From Tubiluchus corallicola (Eukaryota > Animalia > Priapulida), in NCBI GenBank assembly GCA_030141605.1, contig JAQGDQ010000074.1, forward strand, positions 496,001-560,000: a stretch of DNA of 64,000 nucleotides, written 5' to 3'. The translations under genes and the position numbers were made by a program. Below the pieces are notes generated by a model. That model was not told the DNA's origin, ran no database searches, and was given only the letters and a program-made list of their open reading frames with translations. Numbering within the stretch: position 1 is the stretch's first letter; the number at the start of each line of letters is the position of its first letter. Positions 44,641 through 58,023 of the stretch are shown here, piece after piece.

Positions 44641-47600
44641 CTAACTGGATACTGTAACCTAGATAAGTTTACAATAACCATACAGAAAAGCGTTGCCTCG
44701 TTTTCTAAACATATGCTTTATAGTTAATTAAATTTAAACAAGCCTCACTGCTGCTTGCGTACTTTCAGCTTGACCATGCGCATCCCGCTGAGAAAAGACA
44801 TTTTACAGCCAGCACAAGATTTGGCTTGAAAAATTGATGAAGGCAATGGCGAATAATGCACTGCATAAACACCTGCCTCGACTTTTCTCCTCATCATTTT
44901 CGCTTATCTCGTAATGAAAAAAGCCATGAAATATGCATACAGAGACAAGTGCACAATAAGTGCAACGTCTCTTAGACTCTTCACATTCTTAAATGACAAA
45001 GTAACGGCGTCGAATTTGTGATCAGCATTTTTATAACGTACAAAGTATGGTCACTCCAAACCGAGAACACTCGAAGCATCACGTTTGTCGTTTAGAAATT
45101 GCCATAGCCGTTGTCGTCATCGGCTTCATCATAATTAGTAATATTTTATCGTCGTTATTGTAACCACAGACGATAGCAAGAGCGATGACATTGACAACAG
45201 TAAAAATGCCAGCAATACTGCAGCATCTTCGCTAACAGCAGCGGCAACAGCAACAACATCCATCTATCGGCCCAGTTCTCTAATAGATCCATTCCTGTCA
45301 GCAAGGGGTTAATGGACCCATTCCTGTCAATTCGGACTAATGGACTTTCACCTCCCAACCTATTACTACACGAACTATGATAAAGATACTGATGTTGTCG
45401 ACTAATTCCAGCTTATGCGCAATATTACAGGCTATACACTCAGTATACAGCATCTTAACTAGATATTATAACGCGAGCCACTCATAATAGTATGGTTCCT
45501 GTGGGGGCAGTAAAGGCAATTTTAGTGTACTGTATTCTTGAAATGTACAGCTACTGGGATGGAAATTTATCCTCTAAGGATAGTATTAAAAGTATTAAAT
45601 TTGTTAGTATTAAAAGTTTCAGAAGCAAGACGCGAATAAGATCTTTGTGAAGGTAACTGTATATGAAATTTTTCCAGGTGCTTTTAAAGTTTATTTTCTT
45701 TTTTTAAAAACACTTGAGTGAAATATTGAATTTTTTGTCGATCTTTCTACGTAGTATTCGGCGTTATGGTGTTCCTTCTCCACAATATTAATTACGTTGG
45801 CTATACTTAACAATGTCGTAATTGAAATAATCATACAAAGAAAAGGCTTCGTTTTATATGTTTATCTTTAATAGTGAGCATAATGGTCACAAAATAGTAT
45901 CCGTGACTTTTGCCAACCCTTCTGGGAAGTTAGGCTTGGTTCATTATTCTGGAAAAATGTAAGAAGGTTTAGTAATAAGCGTGTAAAAAGCGCCTCGTGT
46001 AATTAGTAAAATCACTTTAAAGTATAAATCATTTCACGTTCCTGCGTTCCCATTTTGAATGGCCATTCGTCGACCAACAACATTCATCAGCCGAAGAAAC
46101 GCAGCCCACTTTTGATTTCCGTCAACAGTATAATAAGTTTTTACAAAAAAAGATAGCTAATTTTGTGATAATTTTGCTGGAACATTAGGTAAGCTGCAAA
46201 AGTTTGAATTAGTTTGAGCAGCGTACGCTTACGAAAAGTCACGAAGTCCACCAGTTACGTCATAATTTTCAAGCGAGTGGTGGCTAATACCGCGACTAAA
46301 AATTTCTATTCAGCGGTGGTATAAACGTACTTTACACTTTAAAGACAGCCTTTTTGCAAATCTCTTTGTTATATTTTTCCAAGTTTAAGTGTTAACTGTA
46401 AAATAAACCCAACATGCTTAGTGTCTTGAGTTTTCCTTTAAACTTATTCGCCTACGTTATCGGTTTTTGTAACGACAGCAGGCGTAATTTTACATAATTA
46501 GTCAGCGTTCTTAAAAACAGTTCGTCATATTTACTTGAAGGTTTTTTTCTCTGTAGAACCACTAGATTCGTGTTTGTGCTCATAATTTATTACAATATTG
46601 CCAAATTTCCAAGGAGCGAAAACAACTACAGGTCCATTGTGCATTGCAAAGCAAATGACCATTATTGCCAAACATCATTATTATAGAAGTTTTGTGTAGA
46701 ACATTTTGTGCTGCACAACGACCTTTGCTGCACAACAACAATTTTAATAAAATACTTAATTACGCCTTTGAGTTGTAAATCTGTTAGCATTATTTTCCTG
46801 TGAGGTTTATAATTTTTATGGCCTACGTAAGTGTAAACACTTTTCTGTGGCGTTTCAAAACTGCAATAAATTTTTACTCAAACATCCTAAAAATTTAGTA
46901 AATGTACATTAATTATTAAGTTTGCTCGATAGATTATTATTTCATTAAAGTTCGCTGGATTACTCTATTTCTGAATTCTATGCATAGCCTACCCTATATA
47001 GTACTTTCACAGATATGCACGCATGATTTAAATTTGTAATTATATATGGCACACCAGCTGTAGTCCTATACAACGACAATTTATTTGCTACTGATTTAAA
47101 AGTAGAATTTTTTCAGTGCAAATTGTATTCAACAATAAGAAAATGTAAATTGTGCAAAAAACTAGGCGAAAACACGTTTATTAAATTCATTTTCCTGCAA
47201 TAAGTGGACACAACCATAATAAATAACTGCAAACTACAAGAATTGGTCAGAAATACTGTAGGTCTAAGTCCACAAGGAATACAACCTAGTCAATGAAAAC
47301 AAAGATGTGCAGTTTCGTGCATGCAATACCTAGCCTGTGTGTGGGCTTTTTACAGAAAAATCTCTGCTACTTGTTGCAAGAACGACGCTAAATTTGCACA
47401 ACCTTGAACATACCCATTATCGTATAGTTTATTTGTACCAGATAGGCAGATCGTATATCATATAATACATGTAATATTATATGCATGTGATCTGAATGAC
47501 ATAACGTAAAAATCATAAAGTATGAAAACGAAACTGAACTGCTGTACTGGACCTATAATCAGGTAATCGGGAATGTGTAAGTTATGCGACTGCACGGTTT

Positions 47601-47859
47601 ATTTGGACTAGAATTATAAACTAATGATAAAACGGAAGATAATATTTGATGAAGCGTAACCACTACTGTTTGATGTTGTTATTAATGAAAATGCTGTCGA
47701 AATGTTAACATGAACAAGACGGTATTGCCTAATAGATAATACGTCACCTCGTCTGAGAGGTTGTTGGTTCGATACTTTTCCTCGCAACCGAGTCAGATTT
47801 CAAAAATGGTACAGGTCTTCAGTAACAGTTGCCTTGCATAGTGCACAGTTTTGGTCTAC

Positions 47860-48600
47860 GGCTCGACCCAAATCGCTATTCGTCTGGATATTATTGTTAT
47901 TAATCTTATTGTTGTTGTTGTTTGTTTGTTTGTTGTATGTTGTTTGTTGTTGTCGGCGGCTGCTGCTGCTGCTGTTATTGTTATAGGATGACATTTTAAA
48001 AAATGCTTAAGGCTCCATAACTACGTAACAAATCATCATGAAACTTTACAGGAGTACACTAGAACGAATTCCGCATCGACAGTAGAGTCGGGTTTTTGAT
48101 TCACCATTTTGAATTTAAGATGGCACGACAAAATCATTTTAAAAAGTCCAAGACTCCGCCAGTTGGCAATGGGAGTTCCGATCCGCCATTTTCAACTTAA
48201 GATGGCGGCAGTAATATTACTTTCAAAAAAAGTCTAAGGCTCCATCAATTCTCAGCAGATCATCACGAAACCTTACAGGAATATACTGCAATGAATTCTA
48301 TACCGACGATGGAATCACATTTTCAGTAAGTCATTCTGAATTCTATTCAAGATGGGAAAAATAATATCATTTTCAACGGATCGTCATGAAAATTTATAGG
48401 AATATATTAGAACGCTTTCGCAACAACTGACGGAGTCGGATTTTTGACTTGCCATCATGAACTCAACATCGCGACATTGACGTCGACTTTTACAAAATCC
48501 TAAAAAGCAAAGCGTAAACCTAAACCTCCAAGCGAACACACTAAAACAAATATCGCACCCACTGGCGGAGCCACATTTTGTGATCCAGAGTTTCGACTTC
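47860..48600. mobile_element. Interspersed repeat with a microsatellite and internal degenerate subrepeats (Helentron/HINE-like architecture)
   Basis: A TTG/CTG microsatellite precedes three diverged copies of ATCATCATGAAACTTTACAGGA..TAGAACG..GAGTCGG..CCATTTTGAA..AAGATGG; CCGCCATTTT..AAGATGGCGG forms a hairpin. The family assignment is inference. Confidence 0.45.
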
Positions 48601-51600
48601 AGTAAATTCGAGACGAATCACAGGGCAGAAGTGGACAAATAATAATAATAAGAAATAAGAAATTTTGTTATGTAGCTGAATTTGTTATTACAGCGATAAA
48701 AGCTCTCTGTTTGTTGCGATAGAAGACTCTTGGCTTGTATAAATAAAGGTTGTTGTACTACTATAACATTTTCAAATTGATATTTAAACTGTGTTGCAGT
48801 TAACAATTTAACAATTGCCGAACATTTGCGTGTTAAGAAGTAAAAGAAGAAAGACCAACAATATAAAGTATTTTTTGTGACTTATATCTTGGGCCTAAAT
48901 GTTGAAACATTCAGTCAGCGATAAAAATCTGGCTGCTTCGCTTCACTTGCCAGTATGACATGATCTGTTAATCTCGCATGTTTAACCTATTTTTAATTGA
49001 ATTCATCTTTTAAAATAAATATAGGCGGCAACGTTTGAATATCAGCTGCCATTACCATAACGCTTCCGCTCCGGAAATGACATGATCAATCGATTCAAAC
49101 AAAAAACAAATCGATAACATTTATCTTAATTCATCGATAATTTAAAACCCACAAGAAATATAATGTGACGACATGTGTTTCTGATTGTGAAAGAACTTGG
49201 TAAACTGGCTCACATTCTTCTGGCTTCAAATAACACAGCTGCAATATTTATCTCACATAAACATTGAGCATGTGGCCATCATTTTGCAGGAATCTGTTTT
49301 GATGGACAGCATAATTGTATTCTGCAGAAGCATAAAGATGTCACTAGACGTCTAGATCGTGGGTGTTTTCCGCGTCTGCTCTTCACAAATTTTTGTATTG
49401 TTCCTATAGTGATATCAATTACTTGTCTTTCGGTTTTGTATTCTTAATCACTTTTTATTGGACCAAATCTCTTGTTTTTCAGTTACAAACTTAACTTATT
49501 ATTTTCACAATCGCACGTAAGCTTTTAACAAAGTTGTTATGTGACTCAGTGGTTAACATAACGATGAAATCAGTGTATTGTTTCTCTTATTCGCTGCTCT
49601 TTTTTATTATTTATTTATTATTTCTTTTTAGGATATATAAGTTATTTTTATATAATTTTGCTCACTCGCCATGCAGAGATTGACAGTTTCACTAGTTAGC
49701 ATGGCAGACTAGATGACCATTTTGGTCTTTCGCCATCCAGTCCTTCTTTAAATATTGTTGAATATTGCTATTATAGTATTTTGTATTTATTTGGATGACA
49801 AACAAATAAATTCTTCTTATTATTCTTCTTCTATTCTGCTCGCTGATTAAAAAGCTATTTAAATTTTTAAAGGAGTTTTAATTGAGTGTGAGCAAAGGTA
49901 CAATTCACAAAATTATAAAACTTGCTTAAGTAACTTTCTTTCTAGGACCTGGCTGAAAAATGCTTACACGAAAACACCTAATTTCTGTTAAAAGCCCAAC
50001 AGGTGAGATATTTGTTACAAAGAAGCACCTCGTTTAATGTTTTCTATATACCCTCGTTATATTACCCGATTTGCTTTAGCTTGTTTAAAAATTATCTGTT
50101 TCCATACTAAAACAGTATTCGCTAATGCAAATGTGTTGTAACAATAATATGCAATACCTGTATATCATCTTCAATTTTTGCAAGTTACAAAATGTTACAT
50201 ATTTCGCCCAGAGTTCAACAATTGAACCTGGCGTCAAACTGCAACATTAAACTGATATCAGCCTAATTATATTACGTTGTTGTGGGATCTTCCAGCGAGC
50301 TATCGCCTTCTTTATCGCTTCTCATCTTACACAGTGAGCCTGCAATCAATATGAAGACGGATCCAGACATCTCAACACCAAGAGTACGTCCTTATGCCAA
50401 AACGATAGCAATGTCTACAATAAGAAGTAAACTCTGTTGACCGGCGAAGACTACGAGAAAATTCCTTTCGCAGTACTGCAGCAGAAAGCTCTTTCCATTA
50501 AAGTGACGACAATCTCCCTACAAGGATTACGCCTCCGTAATTTTCCCTTGATTGCCAAGTACATTAAAATGCGAAATCTTGTAAGCCAGCTAATAACTTT
50601 TATCATAAATACCAATAGAATAATGCATGAGGATTTCCAACCCGTTAAACGTTGTGATTACAAACGTTCTAACGAGAGCGCATGCGCATTTCCAAGAATA
50701 CTCATTTTATGTGACTCTTGCTAATACTTATTGAAAAGGCCATACAAATGCTGAACACTTAAATCTTCAAGCAGAATTTAATAAAATGAGATAAATGACT
50801 TAGACGCGTTAAAATACAAGATCATTTGCTGTGCATGGCACATTCTACTTGACTCACTGTCACTGGAAGATAACGACAATATCATGGGGTAATAACATTT
50901 CTCACGATCAACTTTTGTGAGAAATCTGGAAACTGGATACATGATACCGAAAGAAATTCATTGAACACTCACTGAACATTCTTTTAAAAATTCAGTGACC
51001 GTTATTAATATGATGACATTTCCTTTGAACTATATAGAGGAATGCAGAAACAGTTATTTTCAATTTTAGGTGCAATACTAATAATTTCTCCCGTCTTTTA
51101 TTTACAAAGTGACTGTTAAATAAAATGAAATTTTACAACTGTTTTAAGCAAACAGTTGTAAGGAATTGTAAGGGCGAAGACATTTTGGTGAAAGGACGAT
51201 GAATTTCAGGGGGGTGTTTAATGGAGAATAGTTCAATATGATAGCAGCAGAACTTATAATTATGATTACGAGATCTCATCCTAGGCTATCCAATGAAGTT
51301 ATCAAATGAATACGAAGCGGTACTCAAGCAACTCAATCAGACAATGAAGAAAGCTTTATTACGTTTAAGTGTTTAAAATCTTCAACGTTTAACATGTGTT
51401 TTTTGTGAAAAAGCTTCGCTTCATTGCTTCACTTTCTTAATCACGATTCTCGAAAGGCAAATCAGTAACGGATTAAAGGCTGGTAAAGTTCATGAAAACA
51501 TTTCTGGATATCCTTAGACTTCTAACCAAAAGCAAGAAACAGAGAATGTCTACAGAGCCATGTGATTTAACTAATGAAATTAATCCTAAGGGACTACTGA

Positions 51601-53113
51601 ACTTTAAGGCAATGAATGATACATACAATACATGATACAATAATTACCTTAACGTTTTACACCAGTTACTTAAAAGCCTGTGAAGTTAGCTCTTCAACAA
51701 TTAAATCTTTACCAATGAAGACTCTGAACGTATGCGCCTGACAGAGGAAATGTGCCCTAAAGCTGACTTCGATTCTAACTTCTGAAATTGACACAAACAA
51801 ACAAGAAGCGTCAACCTCAGAAATGCACCTGCGTTTAAGCCAGCCATGTTCAATAATGTGGAGTTTTGACGTCACGGGTGTAGCAACTGCTGCCAATTTT
51901 ATGTCACAGTTGAACCTACGCCCAAAAGCACAGAAGTCGTTGACAGAGTCTTACAGTTACATCAACGCCTGGCAAACAATCACTGTAGTCAAAATAAAAA
52001 GTGTACAGAAATATGTCGTTCAAGGAAGGATCAACGTTTGGCAGGTGACTCTGATGGTGAAGAATGGCCCGTATCTTTTGTGTGACGCCATTAGCAAAGA
52101 GCATGCCGAGAAAACAATGGTGCAGTGGCTTATTATAAATTTGGGGCACACGAATCTTGCAAGGATTAACTGCAGCTTCTTGTTTGCACACTTTGGGTAC
52201 ATGAAAAGTGCATAGGTACAATGCCTTATTTGTAAATTTTGGGCACAAAAAGCCACCATGAATGCAGAGCCTTATTTGTGCCCTATTTTTTCTTTTCCCC
52301 TTTTCCATATTGTTGTTGTTTTACTGAATTGCAATTTAATCTCGTACGTGCTATAGTTTGGAAATGAAGTGCGCAGATATATGCTTTGAAAAAAATTTAA
52401 ATTGTGCACATGCGGTCTTAATTGTGAAGCGGTTGAAGGCGTGTGGCCCCTAATAAAAATGTAAAGTGTATGCGCAGCCAGCATAGCAAAACAATAATTA
52501 TAGCCTCGATTGTGACCAAGAAAATTTGTTCTCACAAAACAATTTCATTACTCCAACTTTGTAGTTTCTTGGGGCCGAATTATTAGTTGCTCTTTTCTGA
52601 GGCTATGATGAACTTAAATGCCAGCCTCCGTTTTTGTTCGTGCAACCAGAACGCGACACGCACAATTATCCGCCGAGACTGAAATTTTCTGAAAACACTA
52701 TTACACATCGTACAGCGTAATAAGCAGCAATTTTTTTCATTACCATTTTTTTCGACAATGTTAATCAATAATAGCACTGAGCATCAAGGCCAAATATTCA
52801 GGTTTCAATTTTTTTCAACATAACACTTCTCACATTTTATTTTATATCGTTCACATAATATAGTCCAAAACATTTAGTTTTGTGTTGCTTGTACAGCTAA
52901 GGAAGAAGAATTACGATTTACGGGAAAAACAATAAACTGAATTAATATAGTGCCTACAAAATATTCACATAATGATCAGTAGCTAATAAATTGATCGAAG
53001 AACTCATAGCCAAACTGAAATACAAAATGTTTAATAATAATACAGCGACAACAGAAATATTTTGAATGAATTTAGATGAAAAAAACAGTAGATAGTTTCT
53101 TATGGTAACTTAC

Positions 53114-53204
53114 CAATCTTGACCACACTTGGCAATGTTTCCGTATATCGTAGTACACCTATCCAAACATAGAGAGTAGTGACCACCAACCCGGCGTATG
53201 CCAT
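53114..53204 (-). CDS. Kainate-type ionotropic glutamate receptor, coding exon 1 (signal peptide)
   Basis: The minus strand reads ATG...MAYAGLVVTTLYVWIGVLRYTETLPSVVKI+G followed by a GTAAGT donor. A hydrophobic leader precedes the LPxxxKI motif typical of invertebrate kainate-type iGluR N-termini. An in-frame TGA lies just upstream of the ATG. The phase-1 donor joins exon 2 (G+CT=Ala) to give VVKIAGLFD. Confidence 0.85.
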
Positions 53205-54509
53205 AGAGCTTCTTATACTTGTTAAATCCGATCTTCACTACTGATATTCTTTTTCTCATAAACACACGACACGGCGACGGCTCGCATTTTCCATTTTAAC
53301 TGTGACATCGTTTTATTCGTATAAGTCGAGCTACATAGTGCCAAGTCAAACATTTCTTCCTCGTAATGAACCAAGAACAAGGAAGCATACTTATAAAGTA
53401 CGAGACAATAACCGAGCAATTTAACTCATGAACACATCGACAGCCAGCGTTTTAATAAAAGGAAGCCGCAGAAATCGCGCACGCGTTGTGCGCAGCACAT
53501 TCGTGGGCTCAGTATAGTGGCTTCAGTAGGCTTCAGCGAAGGCCAATGATTCTCAAGCTGGAGGCGTTTGTCTCCCAGAGAAAGAATTTTTAATCTAAGG
53601 GGAAGAATTTTTGTAAACAAAGGAATTTTAGTCAGAAAACAAACTCCAAAGCAGAAACAATGGACTATAACCTACATACCTACACATGTATATGCTTATG
53701 CCAAATGAAATACCATGCAATATATGGAAATACGTTTCTCTGCATGTAGGACAAAGCGCGATCGGCAGTTAATGAACTGTTTTTAGCTTTCCCAAGAAGC
53801 GTATTTGTGTATTAAATGAAATACAACTGTATTTCATACAAGTTATAATTTAAATGCAGGTTCTCTTTTCCCATTTGATTGGAAATAAAATAGTCAAAAT
53901 ATTAGGCGCTGGGTGAACTGATACAGGCAAACACTTGCAAACAAATTTCTTTGCATGTCATTCGTAGCTGATACTACAATCGCTGTACATCTTTTAATAC
54001 ACAGGTGAACGCAAATAAAGAAACTTTTTGGATAGATAATAAAACTGCAACAAAATTTCATACGAACAAAAATTCAAAATGTTTCGTGTTTTTTTTTAAT
54101 TATACGAGGGTGTACCCAACATACTTTGGAAAGTGTCGCATACACGTAACAGCAAGATCAAAAAATAATTCCTTCCCAGGCTTCAGCATGGTACTCATTT
54201 TCAAGCGTGTTACCTAAACTGAAATACCCAATGCGAATATTAATAAACCAAAATCATAACACAACCGGATTTATGTGTATAGCCGCTCTTAAATTTATTT
54301 CTCTCGAAAGCGCAATTAAGCTGAAATTTATGCGATGGTTACTGCTTGTTACATAAAATAGTGCAAATTTGCTCGAACACTTCTAGTTTCTCATTTCGTT
54401 TAATGACTTTAACAAGCAACGGTACATGCTGAAGAGCTGATGACAATAATTGGGTTTTATGGTGTTGTTGCGCTGAATGAGCAATTTCAGTTTAAAATAT
54501 ACAGTTCTA

Positions 54510-54575
54510 GAAACGGTGGAGCTCCTCGTGGGACAAAGCTGGGTCCTATTTTATTTAATTTGCTTAGTGCTGACA
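54510..54575 (+). mobile_element. Tiny LINE reverse-transcriptase relic
   Basis: NGGAPRGTKLGPILF matches the GxPQGxxLGPxLF motif of non-LTR RTs; the flanks are unrecognisable. Confidence 0.5.
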
Positions 54576-54702
54576 GCACCGGAATCACGACTAAAATAAG
54601 TTGCATATTAACACAACCACAATCGCAGTTCGTTGCGAAAGGTTTTTGTCATTAAATTCTATGGGCGCTAAGTGTGATTATGCAAACCAGAAATATTCTT
54701 TC

Positions 54703-54825
<123 letters not shown>

Positions 54826-55532
54826 TCGATCGTTCTTTCGTTTTTTTCGTTCGTTCCTTCTTTCGTTCATCAGTTAAATTGCCTATCTATCTACTTATTC
54901 ATCCATCCGTCTAGCCGCTCGTTCATTTAATTATTCGTTAATGAGTTTATTAGCTCATTGTGTATACGTTTATTCATTTATTTTTTTATTCATTCGTTCA
55001 TTTATTTATTCATTAATTATCTCACTCATTCGTGCATTCGTTCGTTCGCTCATTCATTCATTGACAAGTATTTACATTTGTTGCAATGTATCAACAGTAC
55101 ATAATGAAAAATTTACAGCTGAAGATTTTTAGCAACTGAATCATGAACTAATGAATGAATGAATGTATGAATGATTGAACGAATGAAAATGAATGAATGA
55201 GTGAGTGGGTGAGTGAATGAATTAATGAATGAATGAATGAATTAACGAACGAACGAACAAATGAATAAAACGCTAAATGAACAAATAATGAACAACTAAA
55301 CCGGTTTAATGCGTGAGTAATTTAGGCAAAAATAGGGAGCGACAAGTCTCTGACTCTAACAATTCTCTTCATAAAAAGTGCAATACACTGCAAACTAAGG
55401 AAAAAACACATTAAACACATTGTACACTCATCAAAAGTTTCATTGAAGTGTATTTTTAAGTATTGAAGTATTCATAATTAGCTTACAGACAGCAATTTTG
55501 AAGAGCCATTCAGTTTTCTAATTTAATTTAAA

Positions 55533-55538
55533 TTTATT
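55533..55538 (-). terminator. Candidate polyadenylation signal (AATAAA) of the DCDC2-like gene
   Basis: AATAAA on the minus strand about 45 nt after the stop codon; the motif is common by chance in AT-rich DNA. Confidence 0.35.
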
Positions 55539-55582
55539 TCAGTTCGCTGTTAGCTGTATTTCGCTGGTATATACTTCGATTT

Positions 55583-58023
55583 TTACTCGCTTGCTGTGCG
55601 TCCATTTGATAAGCTTGCACTGATTTGAGATTGGCTCTGTTCTTCAGAACTATCTGAAACAGATGGTTCTCTTCTAATAGGCACCCACGACCTCGGAGAA
55701 CCCAAATCAAATAGTCTAGAAGGATTGAGCTTGTCTTCGTTGCCTTCTGGAGCCAAAAAATGTCTGCAGGAACTGTAATCTTCGGTGTCAGTTACACAAA
55801 GTTCTACATCTGAGTCCAGTTTGTCTCCAGCATAACATCCTCTTCCTTCACTAAGCGGCAAGTCATCTTTGCTTCCATAAAATGTGACTCTTTGAGTTTT
55901 ATCTTTTATAGTTTCGCACTGAAATTTTTTAGCACACTGTTCTACCACGCTGTTCGTCTGAAGACAGTAAGCTACGTCTAAATCCAATTTGTCTGCTGAA
56001 TAACTTGCGACTGTGCCCACAGATGGTACATTTTCCACGCTTCCGTGAAATGTAATATCACGAATATCACCTTGTTCTTGTCTGCTAATAAGGGCCACAT
56101 TATTCAATTCATTTGCATCGGACACACGCTCAATGTGTTCCTTAACTTCGTCGAGAGCACTTTCCTGAGACTTACTTTCTGGCGTATTGTTTTGTATTTC
56201 TTCGCTAGCATGCTTTTCTATTTGTTGCACGGTTTCAATTGGTAAAACTCGTAAATTACCTTTTTCAACTGATTTAGCGACACTGTTTTCCTCGCCTGTT
56301 ATCGCGAAAACATCTCGTTCTGTTCCCTTGTTAAAATTTTTCGCTAGACAAAGAGCTACATCTGAATCCATTTTGTCCACTGAGTAACCTCCTGTTTCGT
56401 CTACGAACAGTACATCTTCCCCACTACCATGAGCTCTTTTAATTTCTTTTTTTGGGATTTTAGTATCTTGCCTTTCTTTGTTGTCATACTCAGACTGATG
56501 ACAATGCACGACATCAGAATCCATTTTGTCTACTGAGTAACCTCCTGTTTCGTCTACAAACAGTACATCTTCTCCACTACCATGAGTTCTTTTAATTTCT
56601 TTTTTTGGAATTTTAGTATCTTGCCTTTCTTTGTTGTCATACTCAGACTGATGACAATGCACGACATCAGAATCCATTTTGTCTACTGAGTAACCTCTTG
56701 TTCCATCTACAAATAGTATGTCTTCTCCACTTCCATGAGCTGTTCTGATTTCTTTCTTTAAAATCTTAGCATCTAGTCTTTCTTTGCTGCCACACTCAGG
56801 CTTGTGACAATGCACAACATCAGAACCCATTTTGTCCACTGAGTAATCTCCTGTTTTGTCTAAAAATAATACGTCTTCTCCACTTCCATGAGCTGTTCTA
56901 ACTTCTTTCTTTAGAATTTTAGCATCTTGCCTTTCTTTGCTGTCATGCTTAGACTGATGACAATGGAAAACATCGTAATCTATTTTATCACCTGAATAAC
57001 CTCTTTTTGTAGTCAAAGGGGGCATATCTACTGTACTTCCATACAATGTAATATCCTGAATTTCACTTTTCAGAATATTGTCTTGCATGTCTCTATTAAT
57101 CTGTGTTTCATTACTGTCACCTTTATCACAAACAGCTACACCATTTGTTGGATAAGCAGCTGTTGTGGATACTCTGCTAGAATCTTTTCCACTTTCAGAG
57201 AACATACTCTTCATAGACTTACATTTTGACGCATCACTTTGTGTTCCTACAATACCCTGATCTTTATGTGGAAAATCTGGAAAAATACATTTTCCAGTTG
57301 ATTCCCGATCTACACTGGTCTCAGTTAATGTCACTGAAACATTTTGCTGCATTTCTTTATTGCAGTACCAAACAGTTTCAGTGACACCATTATAATCACA
57401 GTAATCATTTATTCTTGTATCTGAAGAATGTGCAAAATCTTCACTACTACCATAGAAATAATGATAAGACTGCATTGAAGAACGTTTCCATGCTTCTTTA
57501 GAGGGAATTATGTTCTTATGGCACTCTTGGGAAGGTTCTTCCGGTATATAATCCAAGTTTGCTGACCTCTTTGCACCAACACGAATAATATTTCCTTGGC
57601 TATCACGTACATAGACTAAAGAACCAGAGCCACGCGGGAAAGGTACTAATTTTTCGGCAACGTTTTCATCAGAAGTTGATTCATCAGTTGGCTCTTCAAG
57701 AATACTTTTTGAAATAGTCTGTGAGTCTTGGCTTTCTTGACTTAAAGCCGTTACCGTCGACTTACTTTCTGTAGCAACATTATCAACAGCATTCAGCTCT
57801 TCACGTTTATCTTTTTTGTCACGATTATCGTCTGTCTCCTGCGTTCTTTGGCTGGAAGAAGATACTACTGCTGACTCACTTTCGTAAATGCTGTGTATTT
57901 TCTGCCTGTGGTAAAAGTGAAACTTGGTTTCGTTTTCATGCACAGATACATCTTCCTTTGTGATGTCGTCTTCCTGAGGCATTTCTGCGTCAGAACTACT
58001 GGACTTGTCAATGCAGCTACTTT
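55583..58023 (-). CDS. DCDC2-like gene, predicted terminal exon: about 813-aa acidic region with internal repeats
   Basis: 2.4-kb open frame. The tttttacag acceptor at 58024-58026 gives phase 1 (G+AA=Glu), in frame with the 799-aa ORF, which ends at TAA 55583. Its coding status is strong; linkage to the DCX exon is inferred from strand, proximity and phase. Confidence 0.75.
56348..57055 (-). repeat. Coding tandem repeat, 153-bp (51-aa) unit, about 4.5 copies
   Basis: Equivalent anchors at 56368, 56521, 56674, 56827 and 56980 are exactly 153 bp apart. Unit about GYSVDKMDSDVVHCHQSEYDNKERQDTKIPKKEIKRTHGSGEDVLFVDETG. Confidence 0.95.

Noticed and set aside
46055-46095. CTGATGA plus stem plus GAATGGCCATTC palindrome on the minus strand, hammerhead-like
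   Set aside because: The core reads GAAT rather than GAAA and no stem I can form.
51666-52777. Cluster of overlapping 64-130 aa ORFs on both strands
   Set aside because: No recognisable domain and no coherent splice model; probably intronic or regulatory sequence near the iGluR first exon.
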